Positions 13,419-26,611 of a stretch of 64,000 nt of DNA are shown here, in pieces (the stretch's first letter is position 1; every line of letters starts with the position of its first letter). The stretch is from positions 12,400,001-12,464,000 of the forward strand of contig OU015568.1 in the NCBI GenBank assembly GCA_907165135.1, written 5' to 3'. The DNA is from Oikopleura dioica. Lineage: Eukaryota > Animalia > Chordata. Both the position numbers and the translations under genes were made by a program. The notes under the pieces were generated by a model that searched no databases, was not told the origin of the DNA, and saw nothing but the letters and a program-made list of their open reading frames with translations.

Positions 13419-16400
13419 TTAATTGGGATGGCGAGAATCGCCAAATTGCTCGTAGCAAAGCTCGGCAAGATGGTGCTTGCAATCTGTCGTGTTTCCGAAT
13501 TTGTAGAGAATTAGATACAGAAGACAATGGATAATGACTGTATAAATAAATACAAATGTCCTCGCCATCTTAAGGGGGTAGAAACAGCTTTCTCGATTTT
13601 GGACTGTAGCTACATAATAGAAAACATATGATATATTTATGTAAACGGAAATTCCTCATAAATGTTCCTAGAAAAGGGGTTGAGCTTCACAAAACTGTTA
13701 ATGAAATTTGATTAACTATCATATGACTCGAGATATTCGTGTTTGAAAATTTGCGAAAATCGAAAATTTCGGAGAGAAGAGTTGCTTCCGAGCCCGCTCA
13801 CTCGAAAAATTGATGACTAAAACAAATTTTAAGGGAGATGTTCCTAGATCTAAGATGTATCTATCTTAACCTGAAGAGAAAATTTGAAAATGTAAGATTC
13901 TCTTGTCTGTAGCGCCGGTCAAAAATCGCCTTTTTCAGAGAAAAGCTGTTTCTACCCCCTTAAAGTAAGGTTTTCAAATGAGGAAAAAAGGAGCATAAAG
14001 AACTTACTTTGTTGCCAAGAATAAACTGCCCCATGTTGAGCGAAAACTTGTCAATTGGCGAGAGCGAAGCATACTTTCTTTGTTTCTCCGATTTTGAAAA
14101 TTTTGCAAAAGGGTCGAGCTGATTTTCGTATTGACCCGCGTATTTGCGTCCGGCTTCGTCATCGTTGAAAGTATTTGGATAGTTGCTGGAGCCGCTGCTG
14201 TTTGAACTTGGGCGGTAGTTTTGCAGGAATTTGATTTTCTCGTAAAGCTAAAAATGCGAAAATAGACGGAAAACATTTTTGATAAAAATTACTTTGACGT
14301 TGTCCAATCTCATTTGTTCAATCTCTTGTGTGAGCGACTGTATCGATTGTGTTTGCATCATGTTCTCATGCTCGAGGTCTTGCACACGTAGACTATAATC
14401 GCAATGTGTTAGGTGCATTCATTTTTTTCGTTATAAATAATTTACCGGAATCGTTCGCGCTGAGACTGAACAATTGTAAGAAGGGAAGAATCCGAGTGCT
14501 TGCTCGCAGCGTTAGGCAGAAGTTGGTCGCTCAGCAGGGCCGTGCTTTTTTGGGCGACTTCTTTCACCGCATCTGCGAGGAAATCCGCCTGGGCGTTTGG
14601 TGGAGAGGATTGTCCGTCCCCTGTTGTTCTAAGGGTATTTTTTCAAATCAGTAAAAGATGATATCTTTCTACCTGTAAGCTGAAGGAAGAGCATTCACCA
14701 TGAGCAAGTCCTTCTCCAATTTCTCAATCAACGCCTCTTGATTCTGGACCTGTCCCCTCAACGCCTGAACATCCGATCCACTCTGCTTGAGATCATTCGT
14801 TATGGAAATATTCTCCTTTCTCAACTGCGAATTTTCCGTTTGAAGACCTCGATTTTGCGAAAGCAAAAGAGTCTCAAGCGATTGTGATTCGATCTTTTGC
14901 TCGTCCTCGCCGGCGAATTGCGTTGATTTCAAAATGTCAAGTTCTTTCTTGAGAGCGATGAAGTCTTTTTGATCGACCAATGCGGATTCTAGCGAGGTTT
15001 TTTCATCGTTGAGTTTTTCGTTTTTTTCCGTCAAAGCTTAAAAATAATAGGAATGGGCAGCATTCCAGGTTTTAGGTTAAACTGTGGTTCTATCGGGATT
15101 TTCAGCCAATCAGGAAGAGTTAAGAAGCTTTCTGCTTACCTTCAAGTTGTCGGTTGAGTTGAGCAACAACGACTTGCGATTTTTCCGTGGCAGCTGAAAA
15201 CTCCGTGCTCAAGTGGTTGATCTCTCGCTCTTTTCTGCTCAATTCAGCTTCCAAACCAGCAATATTTGCCGCCAAGTCGGAATTGTCGGATGAGTCAAAC
15301 GCAGGCGCGGCGGATGACAGCTTTTCTCTAATTGGGAAGAACCAAGGTTAATTTCAATCCTTTTTCGGAATCGATTTTTCAAACCTGAGTTGATCAGCTT
15401 CTTTCTCCGCCGTTTCCGCCCTGTGCGTCGCTCTTTCAAGGTCAGATTCGAGCATGTCGAGTTCTTCCGTTTTCGCCTGTCGCTCTTCTTCATACTTGGC
15501 CCTGATTTCCAACAGCTCGTTTTGGAGCGATTCGAGTTTTTGCTGAGTAAGGGCGGCTCTTTGTTCCGTTTGTCCGAGCTTCCCCGCGACCATTTGTTGC
15601 GTCTCGAGCAGCTCCCTTTCTTTCTCCGAGAAAAGACTTTGCAGTTCCTTTTCTTTCTCGTCGATGCATTGAGACACGCTGTTTTCGTTTTCGGATTCCA
15701 GCTCTTTTATTCTAAAAACTTAATAAGACGAGCAGATATATGCGTCTCTTACTTTTGATTAAGTTTTTGAATTGTGATTTCGTGTCCCTTCATTTCCGCA
15801 AAATCCTTCTTGTATCCATTGATGGTGTCCTTCAGCTTCTGATTTTCGACTTCAATATCCTTCGCTTTCTGTAGCTTCTTCAAATTGAGCTCAGCAGCCT
15901 CCAAAGCGGGCAGAGGATCCGCGAGTTCGATTATTCGCTGGTAAAAATCAATTTAAATTCAATAAAAGCAAATTTGTACCTTGTAAATGTTCAAAAAGGC
16001 GGTTTCTGCGGCCTTTGATCGTTTTGATAAAGCATCAACTTCGCCTTGGAAGAGTTTGAGAAGGGGAGCAGCGGCTTTGCGGGCTTCTTCCGGAGATTCT
16101 TTTTTGAAGGTTTTTGAGGCGCCGATAAGTTTCTTGCGGGAAAGATCTGAAGACATTTGATAAGAATCGAACCTAATGTGGACAAGTTGGTATTTGAAGC
16201 GCTATCGAGAGAAAGTTGATCCATTTAAGTAACCCATAGAAATCCATACAACATGAAAATTAAATGAAAAGCATATTTACTTCCTGATATCATGAAAAAA
16301 ACGTCCCCAATCAAAAAGGTTACAACTTCTTGAAACTTTTTAAAGATTATCATTAAAAAGTTAATAATATTACCATTTTAACAAGAAAGAACACAAAATT

Positions 16401-16517
16401 ACCTGATTCGGAGCTCTTGGCAGCTAAATCTGTTGCCTTTTCGTCCATTTCTGACTGCAACTCGGACAACTTGACGTTTCTCCAAGTCGCCGCCATCGCA
16501 GCAATTGAGACCGACAT
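13419..16517 (-). CDS. CUX1: CASP (CUX1 alternatively spliced Golgi protein; COY1-like)
   Basis: N-terminus ...[54 protein letters not shown]; long coiled coil; CASP C-terminus SQRERFR...[13 protein letters not shown]...LDPFAKFSK...[23 protein letters not shown] (TM). Confidence 0.92.
13574..13959. mobile_element. TTAA-targeting MITE (Kolobok-like), copy 1, 386 bp, in last CASP intron
   Basis: TIR GGGGGTAGAAACAGCTTT; TTAA on both sides; near-identical to 22163-22548 in the opposite orientation. TTAA target with purine-purine start fits Kolobok rather than piggyBac (CCC start). Confidence 0.85.
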
Positions 16518-16731
16518 AATTATCAACGATTTCTCTTGATCTGATCAATCTATAATAAACTTTCATTCTTTAAACTTTTCTAATTTTCAAGCACGTAGTA
16601 CGAGTTCAGCGCGGAAAAAGAGGCCGAGTCAATGAAAAATATTCAATACGAGAAAGTCATTGGCGGAGACTCGGCGACGTGGCTCATATTTTTTAATTGA
16701 CGTTTTTCTTTACTCCTTGGAGAATTACAGT
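16518..16731. promoter_or_regulatory. Bidirectional promoter region between CASP and REV1
   Basis: The two start codons are 214 bp apart, head to head. Confidence 0.55.
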
Positions 16732-19274
16732 ATGACGAGGATCAACAGGGACATCAGAGATGTGAATGGATGGGGCGGATTCGGGGAGTACTGGGAAGAG
16801 CGATTGCGGAAATTGGATGACCAGTGGCTGAAACAAGTCCCAAAAGACGCAGGAAATCTCTTTCAGGTACCTTCTTTCAACCAATCAGAATCGAAGAAAC
16901 ACCAAAAATTTCAAGGGTCTTCGATTTTGGGTAAATGGATTGACTGATCCGCCGCAAAGCCAACTGAAGCAGATTTTCCTCAAAAATGGTGGAATTCTCG
17001 ACCTCGTCAAAACGCCGAAAACCGATTTTGAACTCGTCGAGACCCTCCCTCGCGGAAAAATGCTCCGACTTCTCCACCACCACCAAATTGTGAAGCCAAA
17101 GTTTATCACCGACTGTCTCAAAGCGGGAAAACTCGTCGATTGGAAGAAATACCGACTTTGGAAAGATCAATCGGGAAATTTGTTCACGACGAAGGAAGAA
17201 AAAATGAATGCTAGATTCATTGGAAAACTATCGTCTCCCAACTTTGTCGACGAAAAAATCTACGAGCGGAGTGGATATTCTGAAGAACAGCGAATGGCGC
17301 TTTCGGAAGAGCTTCAAGAGTTTCTAAAAGAGCGAAAGTTGCCGAAAAGCTGGGAGGATTATACGCACCCGAGGAAGAGCATTGGAGAGTATTACAAGAA
17401 ATCGAGGCTTCATTGGTTGAGCGCGTGGAAGGCGGAGCTGCATCATTTGGTGGCGGAGTTGACAAGGCCGCCGCTAATGGAGGGAGAGAAGATGGGACAG
17501 TTTATCGCGCATATTGATATAGGAACTGGTGATAAACTGTTCTCTCTTTAGTTTGTTCAACTTTATTTGATCATCAAAAATGAGATTCCTTCTTCGTCTC
17601 TGTCGCAATTCTTGATCAACCTGAGCTCCGAGGGCGACCAATTGCGATCTGCCATGGAACAACTGCTTCTTATGGCAATAAAAATCCTTCAAAGAAGCAG
17701 AAAGTCGCCGAAGAAGTTGAAAAGAACGATTTGCTAGAAACACATCGAATCGGCCATGGAGGACACAAAGTCGAAGCTGGTGAAAGCTTCTCTGAAATCG
17801 CTTCTTGCAGCTACGAGGCGCGCGCTTTAGGGATCAAGGCTGACATGTACCTTGGCCAGGCGCTGAAGATCTGCCCAGAACTTGTCGTTTTGGACTATCA
17901 ACTTGAGGACTGCAAGAAAGTCTCCGAAATTCTCTACGCCACTTGTGCCAACTTCACGCCTTTTATCGAAGCCATCAGTTGCGATGAACTCTACATGGAT
18001 TTAACCAAACTCGTTTACAAGTCAAACAAGGCTACGAAAGAAATAGCCGCAGAGGTGAAGCAAAAATTCAAAGATAAAACTGGAATAAACGTTTCCATCG
18101 GTCTCGGGCCCTCCAGAATGCTCGCTAGAATGGCGACAAAGAAAGCTAAACCAAATGGAATTTACGAGATTTCGGATGGATTTGAAATAACGGAATTGAT
18201 GGAGAACACTCCATTTATCGATGTTCCACAGATGGGGGACAGACACTGAAGAAAATTGGAGAAATACTGATCAAAAATGATATTCCTTTTCGCGACCCGA
18301 TTATGTGCTCCGATGTAGCGAAGATTCCGCGGGATCTTTTAGCTGACGCTAATTTTGGGTTTTGGGCTCTATAATTAATACAAATAACAATAAAGAAGAC
18401 TTGATTCACTGAAGTGATGAACTCAAAATTTATAGTCTATAAATTATAGAGCATATTTCAGGCCAAACCATATCAAGCAAATTCTGTCCTCTTGCCGAGG
18501 CGAGTTAAAAGAACAGCTCGAATATGAAAAGTACCCAAAAACCATCGGCTCCGATATCAACTACGGAATTCGATTCCGCAACTGGATCATGGCCGAGGAG
18601 TTTTTAACAGCCCTTACGCACTACATTATTGGAAAAATGAACAAGTACAAGGTCGAGGGAACGAAGTTGACGGTCAAACTCAATTACAGGGCAAAAGAGG
18701 CTGACTTTGAACCGATTAAATACGGAGGAATGGGATATTGTGAATCGCAGACGTCGACGAAGGATGTGATCAGTTTGAACGTACCAACTGTTGTCGAGGT
18801 GGCCAAAAGTATGCTCAGGTTTGGCAAATTGATACGAACTCAAAATCATTATCATTTGGTTTCAGCTCATTTTGTGTTCCTCTTTATGACTGGCGAGGGA
18901 TCAGAATGTCATTCACCGTAGAAAAGGTCGAAAAAAATGTTTTGAAGCGAAAAACCGCCGAAGGAATGGTCACAAATCTCGACGATTTTCTCCCCCAATC
19001 TTGGCACAGAACTCATCACGCATCCATGGACCACTTGGAATCTCGAATGCGGCGATTTCGAAACATGGACTCCTTTGAAAAGAGAGAAGCGATAAAATTC
19101 CAGCTAAAGAAGTCTATCCAAGAGTGTTTCGTTTTGGACATCTATCTTGACTTTGTGAAAGATTTCATTGGACTGTTGTTAGATATTGAGAGAAGGGACT
19201 TGGCTGAATTCTGCTTGATTCAAGCGAAAATTCCAGCTCTTGCTGCGCGAATGCTAAAGGTGAATTCTTACTAA
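16732..19274 (+). CDS. REV1: Y-family translesion polymerase REV1
   Basis: WGGFGEY...KLDDQ, BRCT (VNGLTDPP...IVKPKFITDCLKAGKL), SRLHWLSAWK, IAHIDIDSFF, SCSYEARALG, AISCDELY, SIGLGPSRMLARMATKKAKPNG, C-terminal domain. Confidence 0.95.
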
Positions 19275-19495
19275 AGGAGTTTTTTCTAGCTCTTATTTTT
19301 AGCCGAGAGATTGGGAGAACTTTTCGAAAATTCAACTGGCCAGAATCCACTTTCAATGACCCACTGCCAAAACAGAACAAAAAATATTTATCACAGAAAT
19401 AAATTGATTAAAACAGAAGCAGTTTAAAACTCTTATTTTATTGAAATCAAATAATCAATAAATTTATTGCACAAGCCACAAGTTGTATAATTTAA

Positions 19496-20248
19496 GGATA
19501 TAGCCTGTAAAATTCAACTTTCGTAGCGGCTAAACGCGAGGTCGGATCTTTTTCATTTCAAAAGCAATCCTACCTAAAAATGCACGAAAAACTCAATTCT
19601 GGTATATTTTTTAAAATTTTCACCTAAATTTTTCTCTCTAGAGCGACTTGAAATCTTACGATCGCGATTTCTCAAAATTTTTCCATTAATTCGCTAAAAC
19701 TAAACCGTGTTCTCTGTTGTTATCATGCTAAGCTAGAAAATTGAGGGAATAAAATTCTCAAACTCGATCAAATTTTCATTCTAGTATTATCCTCTTTCTT
19801 GCTCTTGCTTTTCTTCCGTGCGCGCTTTATCGCGTGTAGCCAATCAGAGCGCTCGCAAAAACACGCACGCTCTCCCGGAAAAGAGGAGGCGAGAGAGCGA
19901 GCACCGAGCGCAGCGCTTTTCATAGCTTCTGCGCGCTGAGTTAGCCTCATGGAAATGGCTGTAAAATCGGTTTCTTTCGGACTTAGAGAAAACTAAACCG
20001 TCAATTTTGTAGATAAAGGTCTAAAGAACCTACCTATCGAAAAAACTCGACCGATTTAGTGAAAAATTTTCGAGGAATCGCGATCGTAAGATTTCAAATC
20101 GCTCTAGAGAGAAAAATTCAAGTGAAAATTTTTAAAAAAGTACCAAAATTGAATTCTCCGTCCATTTTTAGGTAGGATTGTACTTGTAATGAAAAGATCC
20201 GACCTTGCGTTTAGCCGCTACGAAAGTTGAATTTTACAGGCTATATCC
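19496..20248. mobile_element. TTAA-targeting MITE with long (about 190 bp) imperfect TIRs, 753 bp
   Basis: TIR GGATATAGCCTGTAAAATTCAACTTTCGTAGCGGCTAAACGC; TTAA at 19492-19495 and 20249-20252; lies between the convergent REV1 and OSBP 3' ends. Confidence 0.88.
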
Positions 20249-20645
20249 TTAATTCAAGTAGAGCTTGATGATCTCTACAATAGTGAATAGTGTCTATTTA
20301 CAGTGCGTGATGCACAGTCACAAGTATAAAAAGAGAAGGGATATAATTTTTTAATCTAAAGCAGCACTACTGATACTACCAGTAAAACAGGCAAATTTGT
20401 TTTGAAGAAAAGAGGATTAAACTTTGTTGAAACAAAAATAGTTTTTTTTTTTCTTGCTTTGATTTACTGTAACTATTTGATGATATTATCATAATTGACA
20501 AAACTAATAGAACATAGGATGAAATGATGAATAAGGAGGTGATTTTACTAGATTTCTTGCATTTTTATTTTTCGGCAACTTAGAGAAAAAAAGGAGAAAA
20601 TAGAGAGTTTTGAATTTTACTGAACAGGTCTTGAAGCATTTAAAT

Positions 20646-23600
20646 TTATTGGAATATTGAAGGGCACTTTGACCAATCTTGCTTTTCTTTCTTCTCCCAG
20701 TACTCGCCCTGAATGGATATTTAAGGACAGTTACTCAAATGGAAAATGTACCTTATAAAGATGAAGTTTGAGGCCAGAAGTTTTACAGGTATCTTCTTTG
20801 AACCAAACCGGCTCCCAAGGACTCGTTCTAGCTTTCCTCCTTTCTCTCTGAGCTTGCTCAAGTCGCTTAAAATCGAATAAGCCATGGAGTAAAAGGAAAA
20901 AACGAACCTGTTTCTCAGCATTGGCTTCGTCCCACAAAGTTTCTTCCATGAGTTGCTGATCTTTTCGTAATCTCGAATCGGTTGGTGCGATGTTTTCTTC
21001 CATCTCGTTCAAGCTCACCGTGAACTCGCTAAAGTGGTACATCTTCTCGGCTCCTTTTGGAAGCGCGTACTAAAATCATGTTGATTATTAAAACCAAGGA
21101 AAAGAAGTTTACCTTTTTCCAAAGTTTTCTGGACGGAGTAGTTTCGTAGTCTTCTTTCTTCGCGTCTTTGATCTTGGTAACATCGGCAACGTCGAGATGG
21201 TCATCCCAAGTTCCAGTAATGACTTTTTAGCCTTTCCACTGGCGTCGAAAACTGTGCCCGTGACTTTGCGCGCTGGTTCTCGGGAGAAGTAAGAATAGGG
21301 ATGATATTTGAGTGTGCATTTGTGAGGAGTTATTGAAGACGCCACATCGTACTTTAAATAGTGCATTAAGTTTATGAATAATGTTTTTGATAACTCACCT
21401 CTCCGCTTTGCTCGATCCACAGTTTGCCGACGATGATATTGTGAACTGTAGTAGTGACTCGGCTCCAGTGATAGTGCTGGCCGTTCTTGTGGAATTTGAC
21501 CTACACGGAGAAATAAATAAGTAAATCGGGGGGGAACCGTAGCTTACGTGAATTGAGCCCTGAGGCATGACTGACAAGTATTTTCCCTGAACTTGGACGT
21601 GACCATCATTTCGCCGAAGAGTTCCCATCCACCGTTCCGCGATGAAATGGCGTGGAAGGCGGCGACTGGGGGATGATGCGACACTGAAATATTCATAAGT
21701 GGAAAATACGGAGAAAAGGAAATATAACCCTTTTCTGAAATATTTGTAGAACATTGGGAATACCCCCCGACAGATACCGAAGGTATGAGGCAAAATTGTT
21801 ACCTTGTTCGACAATGAGACGAAGTCCCATTTCCTCCTCTCTGTCGAGCTCGTAAGTCTCTCCGAGCAGCGGATTGAAGGGCTTCGTCGTTCTGATAAGC
21901 GTTGATGCGTAGGAAGAGACGGAAAAGGCGGCGACCAGGGCCAGCTGTTCTTCGACAGAGTCCGTGGCGGCGGCGCGATCGAGGTAGTCGTGGTATTCGA
22001 AGTCTTCGGTGATTCGCTGCAGCATAGAGAGCGGCTCGTTGAAGTTCACTGGCATCGGGATTTTTGAAAGGTCCTAAATCGATATCATGTAATCGACCTA
22101 TATTTTTGAGCCTACAGAATACGCCCTATTATTATTATTATAAATGAAAATAAATTATTTAAGGGGGTAGAAACAGCTTTTTTCCGAAAAAGGCGATTTT
22201 TGACCGGCGCTACAGTCAAGAGAATCTTACATTTTCAAATTTTCTCTTCTGGTTTAGATAGATACATCTTAGATCAAGGAGCATCTCCCTTGAAATTTGT
22301 TTTAGTCATCAAATTTTTGAGTAAGCGGGCTCAGAAGCAGCTCATCTCTCCGAGATTCACGATTTTCGCAAATTTTTAAACACGTATATCTCGAGTCCCC
22401 TGATAGTTAAACAAATTTCATGCACATTTTTGTTAAGCTCAACCCTTTTTCTAGGAACATTTATGAGGAAATTCCGTGGACATAAATAAATCTTATGTTT
22501 TCTTTTATGTAGCTGCAGTCCAAAATCGAGAAAGCTGCTTCTACCCCCTTAATTTGAATAACAAGAAATTTCTTTCTCGCAAATGAATATTGATTGGTAA
22601 AATTGTAAATATACACCTGTATGCATTCGAATTGATTGATCAAAGGATTATGCTTTTTAGTTGTTTACCTTTCCGATGCAAGAGCGCATTATGGACCAGA
22701 GGTTGAGTGGTTTATCCGGCTTATCCGGAATGGTGGTGCGCCGCTTGCGTTTGCCATCCTTATTTGTTGTCTCGACAGTCATCTAAAAACTCTTACAGTC
22801 AGTTTCAATAGGTATGGGACCATATAAGGGACAACCGGTGGTCTCGAACTGCTATTTCCCCACGGGCATGCTTTTACGTGACAAACATAAAAATCTCCCA
22901 GAGAACTGGCCAATTTGAAATTTTACCCAGGCCAAGGACAATATTTGAAGTTCAGACGGCCGAATTTCTAAATGCCGAAACAGAGTGCCAAGAATTTCTC
23001 TGACGCAATCACCAAAAAAGCGAATTTAAAGCTATAATTGTGAAGAAAAAGAGCATTTTTACGGTCAGAAGCTGTCTAAAAGGGGCTAAAAATGACTAGA
23101 GAGCATCGAAAATCGTAAAAATTCGTAAAAAGGATTTTCACCTGTTGATAAGTTTTTTTTTCTATTTTAGCTCTTTTTGGAAGATTGGGAAATGATTCTC
23201 TAAGGGGATTCCTCAGTAACTCGAGTTTAAAGTAATTTAGACACATGACGCAAACATGGGCGCAAGTCTTGAAAATACGGAATTAGACGTCCGGTTTTAT
23301 CGTCCATTTTGGAAATAATAGGCAGCACTGTTGCTAACCACTGGTAAATAAAAAAAGTAACCTGGTTCAAATTAGAACGTCCAAAATAGAAAAATTCTCT
23401 ACGGAAAATCACCAATCGCAAATAAAAAAAATCGCAAAAAACACGAAAGATTACGCCAAAAAATGGCGCGATGACACTCGAGTCGGAAAAAACGTCCCAG
23501 ATCACAGCTGTCCGTATTATTTTCTTTCTTTATTTTTCTCTGACTTGAAATCAAGGAAGAAAGTGGTAGGCCGGGTATTTTTGAAAGGCGTATCGCGCCC

Positions 23601-25986
23601 TTGTGCCCTTGTTCGAAATGGAAAATATAAAAAAGATATATAGAAAGGTAAATTGGCAAGATGAATAGGGCCTGCTTCATTCAGATTATTTAACAAGTGA
23701 CTACTCGAGAAAAAACGAAAGAAAGAGAGACAAGCTTAGTTTTGAAGGAATTTTTCTTTTGTATTTTTAAATACGGAGCTTACTTTGCTTTATTTCCGCC
23801 CAATTACACAAAATAGTCTATTTCTAATTAACGAAAAATTGAAATAAAATCACTCTCTTTTGAAAGCTTATTTTCTCTCTGAGATCTTTAATTTTTTGAT
23901 GGTGATGATGATGATAATCATTTATTAATCGCTGGTGAGTTACGTAATAAATTGTTGACAAACAAAATCTCTCCAAATAAAACACACAAATAGATCGAAA
24001 ATCTACCCCTCTTCCGTTCTGACCTTCTTTTCCACTTTTATGTTTTTCTCTATTCACTTACCGTAGCTACAGGAACATCTATTGATTCGCCGTCGGTCTC
24101 ACAGTCGTGGAACTCATCATCACTTTCACACATTGGCTCGGCGTAGTTCTAAAGATAAGTGAGGAATAATTAAGCACTCTTCTTTTAAACTTTGCCAGAG
24201 AAAGCGAAGATATATTACCATATTCATTTATTCATACAAATAATCGGGAAACTTTCCCCGTTTTCGAGAGAAGTCAATAAGTAATTACCTTTATAACATT
24301 GGCATGGGTAAATTCTGAGTTGTTATCGATCGAGGAGTCTCTTTCCAGCGCGTTTTGTTGGAGAGCTATTTTTTTAGTTTAGTTGACTTTTTTGAAGCTG
24401 AGAAAAACGCTCAAATGAGAAGCGTGGAGCAGCGATTTTTACGATGCCGCGTGTTCAGACCATCCTGTTATGAGATAACAGAACCTCATGATCAGGAGAA
24501 TTTATCAAAGACTTAACATGGTGACTCCCTAATTTTTTTAGGAAGAAAAAATTGAGCTTTGAACATAATTTTACGGTGAAATTTTTACCAATGACATAAA
24601 ATAAGGGTGTCATTATATGAACATAGTGTAAGGGTATACCTAAAGCTTCAATATTCTCTTCCAGTCGAAATCTTTGGGCTCTCTCTGAAGCGAGAACTTT
24701 TTGCCAATTTTCTGATGAATTCTTGAGACGGTTCGAAATTGAATATTAAAATTTGAACTTTGTTTATTTATTTTCAAAGAGAGAAATCTTCTCGCTAATT
24801 AGAAAACGCGAAAAGAGAGCGGGGACTAATCTCGTGTTTGTCAGTAGACAAGTGCCTTATACAGTAATCAGATAAGGCGAATAATCGATATTGCGAACCG
24901 TCGCCTTTGCTAGATTGACGAACTCGTTTGCAGCTACATTCATCGCCTGTTAAAAGCTTGACAAGGAAGCAGGAACATTTACAAATAATAAAATTTTACT
25001 GTTGAGCAAATTAGCATTCGAAAATTTCGAAAACTATAGTTTCTTCCTTGTTTTCAAAAATAACATCAATAGTTGATTGCCCAAGATGTTCAACGCAATA
25101 TTTTTTTATTTCATTTTAAATATTTGTATTTTTCAAGCGTTTTCCTCGGCAGTGATCATGAAAAGCGTCGTCTTCTCTTGCAACATCCGAATTTTGTCGT
25201 CGTCTTTGTCCATATCCGCAATGACTCGTTGAAGAGAAGATGCATGTTTTTTGATAAGATCGTGGCAAGTTTTAAGATCGTTGAGCTTATTCGATATTTG
25301 CTTCAAGTCGGCGCCATCGCCTGGCGATGACCCGTCATCCCCTTCCGAGTCCGAGTCCGTTTGATCCTCGCTGAAGCGCGGCTGTCCCGCCCGCGCCAGC
25401 TCGAGCCCGTGGATCCAGCGCTGTCTCTCCACTTCGCTTTGCGCCTTCAAGTGCCACGAAATGTTCGAACCAGAAGTTACGGTGAAACTAGTTCGGTCTT
25501 CGAAGCTTATTTCCGCCCCAGAAACATTTATCGTCCCTTTGAAAAAATATCAGTTGACAGTTTTTCTTCAGAAAAAGAAAACTGAAATCAACAAGGATAC
25601 ATAGAAAATTACTGTATTTTTGCTTAATTTTCTATTTTTATTTTCATAAATTATGTCAAATAAAATATTTGGTGTAATTTCGCTTCGAATCAAAGGTTTA
25701 AATTTTAGATAAAGTGAAACGAAAAAATCGGTCAAATAACTAACCACGCGCAGGTTTTCCTTCTTTCAAAACTATCACCTCATCAGTATCTAAGTCTTAA
25801 CGATTCTCCCTTGAACAATGATCCTTTCATTTTTCATCCCTTACCTCTACAAGTGTAGGACATTTCCTGCTGCGATCTGTAATAAGAGAGGTAGCCGTTT
25901 GAAAGAACAAACCACCTCCTCTGATAGCCCTTTAAATAATTGGTCCACTTGAAGAGCCATCCCTTAAGATTCGCCTCATCCGACAT
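20646..25986 (-). CDS. OSBP: Oxysterol-binding protein (PH + FFAT-like + ORD)
   Basis: [22 protein letters not shown] (PH), SDDEFHDCE (FFAT-like), [51 protein letters not shown]. Confidence 0.95.
22163..22548. mobile_element. TTAA-targeting MITE, copy 2, 386 bp, in an OSBP intron
   Basis: Same TIR, length and internal sequence as 13574-13959; TTAA at 22159-22162 and 22549-22552. Confidence 0.85.
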
Positions 25987-26611
25987 CTTAAAATTCGAAA
26001 ATGCAAAAAAAAAACTCAATTTTCTTTGATAAATTTCTTTATTATTGCGTTTTTAAACTGGTTGAAACGAGCATAAACTGAAAAATTACGAGTTCGACGA
26101 ATTTAAAAAGTGTAGTTCTGATTATAAGTGAAAAAAGAACAAGTAGAATTAGACTTGAAGAAAATAGAAATAGAGTAAACGGAAAGAATTAAATCTGTAC
26201 AGTGAAATAATAGAATAAAAGAATAGGCGCACAGGGTGATATTTTTTGTTCAGTCCGATTTGCGAATTCGAATATGCGAAACTTCTTCCGTCATCTTCAT
26301 ATTCTAAACAAAAGTTCTCAATTTTCTGGCCGTGGCCGACGCCCTCATAGGCATTTTTTCCGAGCAAATATCGCCTTCAGCCGTTGGACAATAGCTGTAA
26401 AGCCGCCTTCCCTTTATTTGAAGAAAATAGAAACTTGAGAATGCCAAAAAATGAAATAAAATGAAGCAAGAATGAAGAAGAAGAATCATTGCTTAATTTT
26501 TAAAAAATAAGCGATGGCTATTATTTTTTATTGCAACCAAATTTTAAAAAACTGCGAAATATTTGATGGAACCTGATTTTAAATAAATATCATTTCAAAC
26601 AACCTGTCTCT

